From positions 2,226,999 through 2,290,998 of the forward strand of contig CM082596.2 in assembly GCA_040954595.2 (NCBI GenBank): a DNA stretch of 64,000 nt, written 5' to 3'. The notes below the pieces were generated by a model. The model was not told where the DNA came from. It made no database searches and saw nothing but the letters and a program-made list of their open reading frames with translations. This DNA is from Balanoglossus misakiensis (Eukaryota; Animalia; Hemichordata). This document shows, one piece after another, positions 38,301-50,300 of this stretch (the stretch's first letter is position 1; each line of letters starts with the position of its first letter). The position numbers and the translations under genes were made by a program.

Positions 38301-41300
38301 ACCACTGTATCATATTTCCTATTACTTCATAATTAAGTAACCCCATCCTATTATGAAACATTACTTAATAATTAGAGAAATTACTTTGTAATTACCCGGT
38401 ATAACTTCAGAATGGGAAACACTACACTGTAGTGGTAAGATATTGCTTTGTAATGGAGAGGAAATAACCTCATAAATGGAAAGGTGTTGTTTCATAAAGG
38501 ACTGTCTGACACACAGGTCCCAGCCTCTAACCTCAACTTCCATCCGAACAACATTGCAAATTAACTTCATCATACGCAGCAGTAGAATACAAGGTAACTG
38601 GAGTTTCTGCTCGTTGGGTTGGAAGTAATTCTGATGTATAATCAACAGCTTTCATAATACGGTTGACATAACTTTCCCACTAAGATAATTACATGTAGTC
38701 CTCACTTAGGTAATAATTCCCAATGATTATCGTGTCATATTACATGTACATGTACTTCACGCCAGGAAATCTTATTTCCCGGGTGACTTTTCATTAAACT
38801 CCATCATGTGACGCACGGTCAGGTCACTTGTGGCAGAATCAGAACCTGGAAAAGCTTCAGTTCTCGCAAATACTGAGCAATTCTTTATGTTTTACAGAGT
38901 AGAACAACAAACCATAGTTGATACCCAAAACAAAAATACTTCAAGAATATAGACCAATTTAGTCCAAGTTACTGAAGCTTTAAAAGCTGCATTCTGTCTC
39001 TACTGACATAACACCATTTAAGGGGGCTACACAATTATTTGTCTGTTGATTTTTCAGTCAAAAAGAAATGGCAACTAATATTACTACTTCAGATTTACTG
39101 GTTCATTTACTGTGTATCTTATTGCGGTTTCCATCTCAAGTAACAGACAAATTCTCTGGGTCAGTGGTGCAGAACACTGGCTGAGCCGACACACTGCTAT
39201 GTGAAAACATAAACACACCACCCTGCCTCTTTTGGGTGGTCGGCGTGGCGACAACGGGCACACAGCTTTCCACAGCCTCTCAAAATACACTTGAATTAGA
39301 GCAAATGTCTCCACCAGACATTAGACCAACAGAGTTTTGACAGCATGAACTGCAAATTCTGCAGTCGATCACTGACCACTCACTGATGTAGATGAAAGCC
39401 AGGGTAAAATAGGCACCAGCCTACTTTCTCAGTCATCAATCATCATTTAAATGTATAAACGATCCACTTCAGCAGTTTTCCATACAGCAGTATTTTTTCC
39501 ATTGTCTAGAATCTAAATGATGCTTCCAAGTTGTGTGGTTGGTATCCTAAATATCATAGCTACCTAATTCGAATGTACCCCAGACTCAATAAATTATAGT
39601 CACATTCACCTTGACCAAATATTTCACACACCCCACTTAGAATGGGCATTTGGTTGTGGTTGGGGTTTTTATATAGAATTGGCAGGGTACCTTCCAAGGT
39701 AAGGCGGAAATGAACTGGTCAGTGAAGGACTCAAGCAGTCAGACCCTAAGTCTTCACTGCGGTTAGACAGGATCTCGTAAGTTTTGTAAAAGGCCCGCCC
39801 GGTTGACTTTCTTCCTGTGCAAACCCAGACTGCTGGTCTAGTCTATTGATTCAGAGACTCCCTTCTCTGATTTCAATCACGCAAGTTTGAGGAATTTGGA
39901 CCAAATCCATGCCCGCGGGGACCTGGCGGAGTTCAACAGGGGACGTGCTATTCACAAAAACCATACAGTATTATTATGGCATCCACGTAACAAAGTATGG
40001 GTCATCTGTATTTAACTTTTCACCTTGTCTTCTCGTTTCACACTGAAAACCTCAACTCTTTTATCGATTCAAGCCCGAGCGAACATTCCAATGCACACTT
40101 TTACGGCAGAAACTTTATCCAGCAAAGTGGAGCGGGCATCTGTGAAGTATCACACGAACAAGGCGCAACTGTTGTCTGTGCGTCCCAGTCCCCGCCACTT
40201 CATGCACATTGAAAATTTTCCGACCCAGTCAATGAAGATGAAAATCTGCCTTGGAATTCAATTCACATACACTGCGAGGAATTCGCACGATTAATGCCAA
40301 CACAGTAACCCTTCTGTGTGGATTTCTCAAGCAGAAAGAAATTAAACGTTGGGGCAATTTCTCTGCTTTCTTCATTTCCGATAAGACCGCACACACCTGG
40401 GTCTGGCTCGGATTGCCTGAGACATTCTTGTTGGATCTCAGAACTAACTGATGAAATGTGTGTTAATGTGTTAAACCCTCTAGGTATTTTACAACTATTG
40501 CAATAATTCAGGAGGGCATTCAGACAGTTTCTCTATCAATGGGGGAGGATGTTACTATTGACAAGTTTATCACCTCAAAACTGATGGCTGTGCTCGCAAG
40601 TGGATAAGACTCTAGCTTAATTTTTTTTAATGGGCAACAGACAGAAGCAATGCTGGAAATACCACTACCATTTCAGGAAAATTGACCTTTCTGCAGATCA
40701 GTTGAGTTGAATGTCGTACATTTGTTCTACCCCAAGGTGATGCCAAGGTTGAGTATAATTACTTGGATGACCATGAACTTGGATCAACATTTGTGTTTCT
40801 CTGGAAATTCAATGCCAAAAATGATAACACAAGTAAGTCAAGACTACAATGCACCAAAACATTGGAGCAGCTAACAGGTTTGCTTTTATTTAAGACAAGT
40901 TATGTTCAGTTCAACAGAGACGTTGTCATACAAGTAAGGCTTTATGCCTGGTTAAATGCCATTCTCTAAATGCTGCTGTACACCCTTGTCTTTCAAGGTT
41001 TGATTACTGGTATCAACAAACCAGTAGTCAGTTACACGGTTGGTATGATCACACTCAAGCACTGCTGTGAAGTCAAAATGTGTGTCAAATCACGGCAGAA
41101 GAGTCTCGATGACATTCTACCCGCTGACACACAGACTGGGGACATTCTGAAAATAGAACTGCCTAGTGGACAAACATCTGTTTTGTATGATTGTCCTAAA
41201 TACTTGGCAAGTTTTCCAACACTTTTAAGTGGTTAGTGACAACATGGCCTAACGCTGCTGCTTGGCAGATTTAATGAAATACATATAGGCATCAAACAAG

Positions 41301-44300
41301 TACATATCAGTCAGTTACTCTTCTTTAATTCACAAGTGTACAAGTCGGATTTCTGAATGACTGAGGAACACTACATATATTGGCCCAGTCAAGCTTTGGC
41401 CGTGTGCAGAGCTACTGGGAGAGAACTCGTCTTACACGTAATAACTCTTCTCAGTCTCTGGTCCTGTGATATAGTGTGACAATAAGTCCCTGTGCATTCT
41501 GTAACATGAAACAAGGTTGGCATGACCCTAAGCCCATGCATCACTTTCGTTCACCGACTTCGCACGTGTTGGCATCTGTTGGCGCTTACTTGCCACGGTA
41601 TATCTTCACCATTGTACTCCCCTTCACGTTGATCTATTGACCTTGTAATCTCTTAAAAAGAGACCCCTTTCCTTTGAACTGCTCCACTGTAAGTATGAAT
41701 AGGCTTACATGTAATGTGTCCAGCTTGTTTTATCTCAAAGACTGTGCAGGCGTGTGCTAGTCTTCTCAAAGAAAAGATGGGGGCTGTGGAAGCAGACAGG
41801 GGTCAAATAAAAGAAAACCAGTCTGTTTCATATATCTGGGTTTCTTTTATCAGGTCTGTGCTATTTTCCAGGCCACTGGCGGAGAGTCAAATATGGGTCA
41901 TTTGTTTTACAACCACGACTGGCCCCAGAAACACCCATTATAAGAAATACGGTTCAGTACAGTCAGACAGATTCGATAGATACAGACTTTTAAGGACCTG
42001 TCCTTTTCATGGCAGTTGCCACTTGGTGGAATAAAGCCCAGACTGAAGTGCACACTTGATCTGTGAAAACAGAAAGTCTGTCATATTCAATCCATACACA
42101 ATGTCATGCATACCTACACATATTTACTACACAAATACAGGCCTGGATTTGATGTACAATGTATGCAATGAAACCTGGCTGAACTAAACTTCAAGACTGT
42201 AGAACTTCAAGACTTTCACCTTCACCTGTCAAATCAAGCGTGAGAGACTGCACATACTCCTCCAGTACACAGCTTACAAACTTCTGAAAACAACATTCAC
42301 ACCAAATATAAACTTGAACAATTGAACCCAAACTCTCTCTAACAATTTACTGTGCCATGTACTGTAAGAATGGATGTCCAGTGGTGTAAGTAATCCGTGC
42401 AAGTGCTGCTGTCAAGCTCAGAGCCAATACAACCTGTACAAACAATTGATCTCCACACAAACACACAGGTGCAAAATCTGAACACAACATGCTTCTTCAT
42501 AAATTTAACAGCTACCTTCACAACTTTCCTTTTCACGCACAAGTGCTAATATTGTGGTGTAGACTGATACAAAAGATTCAAAATCAACACACAGACACAA
42601 GAGTTTCCTCATTATATAATGCAAATGGTTGATCCACCTTGATGGTTGATCCCAGCTTAACATTTTCAAGCAATACGGTAAATCTGTTGATCTGATCTCC
42701 CTGGTGTTTAACCACAGAAGATGCTGGTGACAATAATGGCACCCTGGTGTGGTCTATTATGCACTATTTCTCACAGAAACACTTTGAAACAGATGTACTC
42801 CAGGAAATCTCAGAACAGCTTTACAAGATCCAAAACAAGGACAGTGAATCTGCCAATGACATTGGCTAGAGGAATGTTAACAACTTTATAATCGCACAGT
42901 ATGGCTACACAAATCTTGTGCTCCAATCCCTTAGCTTTTTATCACAGGACTGACTATCACAATGTTTTGACATTCCAGCTTTAATATAGCTGCAACAAAA
43001 TCACACGGCCACTTTAGCAATTCTTGGTTTCATTATCATCACTTTAGGGCTCTAGATTAAAGACAGACGTGAAGGTTACAGTAACTTTGACCATCCTTCA
43101 TCATGAATCGTGAGGTCTTTATCTACAACGTGTCATGAAATATCATTGAAACTGGAAAAAAGATGTTCTGAACAATATAACGTAGAGAGAACTGTGAAGC
43201 CACACACAGACACTATCCATCCATGAAACCCAAGGTCTTCCCCGCATCACTGCCTGAACAAACTCAAGGTTGTCGCATCACTTCCCGAACAAACAGTGCA
43301 TGACATAGTAGTCATACAGCTACAGTGTCTTTCAGATGTTTGCGTGTTTGATGGTAAACTCTGTGTACCTATACAGTGCATGGCATTTGGCACGTGCACC
43401 AAATTAAGAGCAACTACAACAGTGAGTCTGCAGGCCTATGACCATGAATTTGAGCGGGGATTCCAAAATTCCTTCCAGTTCACAGTTATCTAGTCCTGCT
43501 GATTTGGTGTTTGACATCATTAGAGATCACATGACCTTGGAGAGGGGAGTCTTATAATTAATGGATATTTTCTTGAGGAAGCTGGATTGTAAAGACCAGG
43601 ACACTTTCTTATTAGGCCTATTCACTGTAACTTGTAAGTTTATAAGGTCACCAGGTCAATTACCACCAGGGGAAAAGAATGTACAATCAATTATCAAATA
43701 CAGAATTACCTTGCCTCTGTATGGGTCTTTCATGTTCCCATTGGCAAATCTAAGCCCGCAAAACATGCCTTGAAGTATTTTCTTTCCTTTCATTTTGTTA
43801 CAAAAGACCACTTTTCCCAGTGGAGTGGACAATGTCCGATGACCAATACAGCAACCAGGGGAAAGCCCCTTGAGTATTATTACTCAATGGTCTGGAATAT
43901 AGCCGGAAGTTTTCGTGTTTGCAGAACTGGAAGACACAAGTTTGCCGACTCGCAGAAGCTGTGAAAACACCGAGCTAGATTCTATCTACCATACCCCATT
44001 GCTTCAATGGAAATCTCCCATCAACAAACGATTGAATAATGTCGGATGTAAAGAGTCAGTAACCGCCATTCATGTACCATGATGTCAGTTTGGTATTTAC
44101 AAGAGGAAAATGGCATCTGATAAATGACATTCCCCATAGATATTACATGTGTCATGCATATGCTTGAAAATCATCTCTTTCATGGAAATACTATACAGGA
44201 ATCGTGCCATTCTCACTTCCAGGTCTTTCCTTTGCATGTGAAAATTTATTTACACAGAGTTCTGCCTATGCATTGAAACCATAGTGGATTATTGGCTGAC

Positions 44301-47300
44301 AGACCAGGCAATGTTTTCTGAAGTTGTCCATCTACCAGTAGTACCATACAATATTGTCTTCTCTTGTTGTCATTGTTATTTAAGTTGTGTAATGAATGTC
44401 CAAACAAAGAGCAAGTGGTCAAGCGTGAAGCACTTGAATTACTGAGAATTCCAAGAGGCACAAAACATTGATTAAGGCCACACTGTCACGCAATTACAAA
44501 AATAAAACACAACCAGTGTAGGTGTGAAAAGAAAGTCATTGTGAAGCGGACAGGTCGATAATTGAAGAATCACTAGCAGTAAAAGTTTAATTGTAGCTCC
44601 ATCATCAAGTCCTTTGTAACTCTGCAACCAATTTGTTGAAAACGCAAACGAGCGTACAATAGAGTGGAAACTTCAAATTTAATGTCTGTTGACCCAATTA
44701 GTGTATATTCATCTGGGGAATTGAACTGGTTGTCAGCTTTCCATTATAAAATGGTTGGTTGACAAAGACCGAAGAGGACTTCACAACTTATCTGACCTTT
44801 GACCCTATCCCATCAAGGCCCATCCAACCCAACTAATACACATGCTTGTCACTGATAATCTATACCATTTATTAGAAGTCTTCCTCTATCCATACATGCT
44901 CTCCTCAAGAACATCTGTCTGCTAATTTGCTATACAGGGTTGTCTTATGAATGTCAGAGATTTTAAGTGGATATTTCGGCTGATAAAAAGGATGGCTTAC
45001 AGGGCGAGATAGTCCAGTGGAAATCTTGCCCTCAAGGAGTTTTCGCGGAGCTAGTTCGACTTTTTTGAAAATGATTTACTGCCAACCGTCTGGGTTGAAC
45101 ATACTTTTGCTTGGCTACACTTCACCCAGTGAAATCTAACATACCATTTGGGAGAACACTTTTAAAAGTCAGCCTCGTAAATCATACACTGTACTCTGCG
45201 ACAGGTAATGTCTTTTTGGCTTCCTACTTCTACTTTTCAATAGACCGCACGGTAGCTTGCAACTGGTTATAATACAATAGGTGTGATCCAATGTCTACAA
45301 ACAAGCATACCCAAACAATAACATATCTTGTGTCAATTCTTGTTGTTCATTCTCAATTGCTTCCTGTTTGCATAAGGCACACCCAACTGGTGGTGGAATG
45401 ATAAAAGCTATTTATTTTGACTTTGAAGAAAGGGAACTCATTAATATGGAAAATAAGGATTTATAATAAACAAGATAAGACATAGGAGTAATTTCCATGG
45501 AAAGGATTTGACAAATGAATTTGAATGTCTATGACTACTATGTCCACCGTTGTAAAACGAGACAACTTTAAAACCAATATAATTCCAACAGTAGCCACAC
45601 AACAGATGTAAAATGCATCAAGCCACAGTAAACTGTCCTCTTTATGATCTTGACATACTTTCTCCAGACAAAATTATTTCCCCCATGACAGTTTTTGATT
45701 AATGAGCACGAGAGTTAATCCCTTTTCAAAGACCTTTGGCATCGGGTGAAGGGAACAGGAGGCTTGCAAGGCTGAAGTTATATTTTGACCTTTGGTGTGT
45801 TGATTCATAGAGGGTCTATGGTTCAATGCAATACCCATTTTTCATTTCTGGGGTCTGAGAATCAAAATCTAAACTAACTAAGATGTAATGTTCACTGTGA
45901 TTGCAAATTCTTAGCCTGAATTCCACCCGCTTTTGACAGAAACCGAAAACATCCAGCAAGATTCTAGATAGTCAACATTCTCGACTGGACTCTTGATTAT
46001 CAAATCAAGAAGAGATTCCAGACTTCTTCTCCAGATCAAAGAGAGGTGTGTTATGAGGACTCCAATGAGCACAGAGGAAGCCCTCGGCCAATCAGATGAT
46101 ATAAATCATCTCTTGACCCAAAGGTCATACAGAAGTTGGGTCACTGGGTTGAGCGAAATAGGTTACATGTCCACACAAAGACTACTAACTGCCAAATACA
46201 TTTAAGAATCTAAACATCATCAGTTCATGTTTATCTCATTGCTCAACATCACTCGCCCCATTACATGTCTCCCTAACAAATCTCACTACGCCCACACAGT
46301 CAGCCATGGGAGGTTTCTTGGCAAACCTAGCCCTTCATCAGTGCATGTACAATGTAATTACTGTAATTCTTATCTATCATCTGCTGTCCCATAGAACACA
46401 TAACAGTTCCCAGTTATTATGTAATTCTGTTTATTTTAATAAGGCTCTCAACTGTGAACTTCATTTCCAGGACTAATTATGCAGTATATTTGTTTAATCC
46501 ACACCCTCCTTAAAAGCAGACTCTATATATGACTCCATTGTGCTAACAGGCGATTGCACATTCTACAATTAAGAAATAGCCTGACCATTCGCTCCAGGGT
46601 GTAAGGTTCAATAAGTGTACACAGGACTACTTGTGGGTGTCTTTGCAAGTTTACAGAACGACTCTGTAAAATTTCTATATTGTAATGATTGTAATGGCCT
46701 GGATGAAGCATAGGAATTTATTAACACATACTTGTGAAAATGTACACATTCACAACTTCACAAGTGGTCATCAAAGGAATGAATTCCCTCTATTACAGAG
46801 TGCTTTAACCTTCCTTTATATATGCCATTGTCAAATTCAAAGAAGGTCAGGGTCACATTGTAAGAAAACACTGCTTTGTAATTGTAGTCTATTATTAAGC
46901 CAAGTATGTAAAGAAAGCCAATTATGCAAACATCCACCCCAAGCAGTGTTACTGGTATCTGATTTATATTTGCCTTGCAAACACTAGTTTCATGGTATTG
47001 TCAATATGCATGAAGCATGAATATTAAAAAATAATCCATTAAGATTTCCTGTGGAATTTTTCTTTTCGGTCTAGACCTTCTTTTCAAAACGCATGCATTT
47101 TTCTGACTTCCGTTCTACTCTGGGGCAACTGAGCATCTCAGGTTCCCTTCGATTTCTTCTTTGCTTTGAAACTGGCTCAGAAACCTGAACTCCACCTTGG
47201 GTGTCATGTTCTCTGCTGATCCGGTGGATTTCTAAACAAGCGCCACGTTTGGAATCACAACCCGACCACAAGCGCCAGTTTTGGAATCACAACAGTCCGG

Positions 47301-50300
47301 CTTAATGCATCAATTCTAGCATAAACAGTCCTGTCATTGTAGCAAAGTCTGCACCACAAGTTCAAAGGGAAACTCTTCAGTGAACAACCAATACGCGTTG
47401 AGATGGTACGTGGTCAGAGAAAGGTTCTGTTTAATTTTCAATTTTGATCTATTTCTAGAGACCTACCCATCCATCCCGTATAGGTAGAAGTGTAAGAAAG
47501 AAATTGACAAACATTAGGCCCAGGCGGACCACGTTCAAAAGCTGCACTTGGTTACGTGATATCACGTACTAAGTTGACGCAGCAGTGCACGTGCGTCAAA
47601 TATGACATTGGTCCATGGCATGATTCCGGGTACAATCTGCCAAATGCCGGAAGTAACTTCCATCTTCCAAGGGTATTCCCGTACTCAGGGGACATCCTGC
47701 CACAAATGATGATAAGGACTCACAAAGTGATATTTTCCTGTCTTCATCTTAAAAAAGTATAGAAACTGAACATTACTCTGCATGCATCACACAATTCCTG
47801 CTAGAAGTGTTCACTTCTGAAGATAAAGTTGCAAATGGCACCAGCAGTTAACAGACCATTTGTGTCACAAAGTGCAAGTTTACACTGAAAACGTACTCAG
47901 CTGATTGGTAACAATGTGCACCCCAAAGAAACCGGCTCGCTAATGACAGCCACTTGGCGATACCGGCAGAGAAACGTCTATAGAACTCCACTCATGTGAA
48001 AGTGTTATCGTCGCTGTCTGGAAACATGCAACCAACCACTCAAAATGGGTGTTTGCACAAGAAAACTTTTCATTTTGGTGTTACAAAGAGCATGGAGTTC
48101 AATTTCACACCCCAGTATGTGGTCCATTTGCTGGCTGACATCCCCACAGCAGGGGTAATTTAATGGCATTTTTCCCCCCAAATATATGTGATACTGAGGT
48201 CAAGTTTGGATTGTAGCTAGACTTTATTTTCATATACTGACCTTGAGAAAAAAAATCACTCATCTACTTGAGGATAAGTCTGCTCACTGTTGATGTTATA
48301 TTGGTTGTTTTAGTTTCTTTTGTATGATCATTGAACTTATTCTGCTCACTGAAATATGTTTTATTGCTGGTTGTTACAATTCAAGTTTCAACTCACACTA
48401 TATGGTCATAACATGTGAGAACAACCACAGCATTTAGAACATCAATAAATTAGAAGCAACTTGTTCATCCCAAATCATCGGCAAACTTTGGCACATCCCG
48501 CTATCTGCACTGAAGTGAATGGACCCACCAACTGGGGAATAAGGTCAGAGGGTTAATTTAGCTGATTCAGAAAGACATGATGAGAATGAAAACATTTCCA
48601 AGCTTTCACAGTTTTCTACGCTGTGAACACTTGCTAATGTTTTCATTCTTTTAACTCAAGGTACATTGCCTCTGTGGAGATCTATCCTTGCAAACTAAAC
48701 AAACCATTAACTCGTAAGATCTCAAGCCTTCAATTATGAGAAAAGAATTCAAGCACAAAACAAACACATGATGCAAAGGTGTCTCTCCTTGAAAACAATT
48801 ACTAGCACGAGATGATCTATTAAACTATACAACACAGCAATGTTGTAAAACAATATTTTTCCCCATTTGTCTGATCATTAGAGGATGATGCACATGTACT
48901 TTCCTTGTTTCAGATTTGAGCCGTGATAAGGATTCGGAAAACAAGGAGAGAAGCTTCTAGTCTAATCGGATCCCAACGACAGGCTGTGGCCTAATCGCCT
49001 ACTGAAGGCCAAGAAAACATTTACTGTGTGCTCTGATGTATAAAAAATCTGTCAGCTCAATAGGATTTGATCTTCATTGAACTAAACTCGTTTCTGATCC
49101 CTCCCGGGGTTTTGTCAGGAAACTTTGACACACACACCCTCAGTGAAAGAGATTTCCTATTCAGTGTTTGAGAAAGTGACAAAAATTGGATACATTCACA
49201 CCACTTAGATAAAAAGGGGTTGCAAATAGACATTTGTATTCAGTATCCAGTAAAGAGGCATTTATTCTTCGGCTGTGCCAATATATCCTAAAGGTGCTAT
49301 TACATGATACTTTGTATGCTACTAGTAATAGACTCGTAATAGAATCACTAGATAAGCCTTAATCCTACCCGGTGTAAATACAAGAGAGTACACAACAAAT
49401 CTCTGGAACATTGGTTCCACTGAAAGGGGGACCAAACACTTGAACAAAGCGGTTTTCCAGGGAAGCCATTGTTTCAATGTGTAACCTGGGATTTTAAGCG
49501 TTTGGTTTGGATGTGTCCAATGCATCTCATATGTCACACATCCAGGCTAATAGGTGTGAATACTTTCACTTATAATGAGTTTGAATAAGTAGTTTTCACA
49601 GCTTTCCCCCTCAAGTTGAGATACTTGGAATCTGTCAACAAGGTGCTAATTGCCTGTCTTGCAGGTAAGATTCCTATCAAAAGATGCTCAAGACATCCAT
49701 CAGATGTTTTCAACCTACCCACCAAGCCCCCTCTGTAGAGGTACGCATGGGGCAAACATCACCAGGTCAATACAGTGACATGCCGAAGTTGTAACACAGG
49801 CGAGATCTATCACCAACGAAACATTCAGGCGTAACAAGCAATGATTTGTAGAATTAGCCGCGTTATTTGAGTCAAAAATAGCCAACCTGATCTTTGAACA
49901 GTTTGTGTTTATAGTGTATCAGACTGATAGTACGAAATCTTTCAAACGTAACCAGTCATCAAATTGATAGAAGAGAGAGAAACACACTTTACACTAAAGA
50001 CTGAACTCTCACACCAGCAGAGCAAAGAATTAAACAACTCTGGCTTTTCAGAACCCCCAGGGCAGATACAGGGTGACTGACTCAAAATTGGATTTTGTTT
50101 TACACGGAATGGCTGAACCTTGTCGACAGACAACAATGACATGTCTGGATGCCTAATCTCCAAAGGTTACCCAACAACCTGCATTGTCTGCATTCCATAA
50201 CACTTCATAATACTTCAGGTGCTTTTCTGTTTCTAGGTGAATCGGTTATGCTTGGTATAGACAGTACTACCAGAAACCCAGAGGGAAGACCCCAAGTGCT

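Noticed and set aside
47236-47293. CRISPR-like direct repeats of 26-32 bp
   Set aside because: Only two copies, no spacers, eukaryotic intron and no cas genes; a simple tandem duplication.
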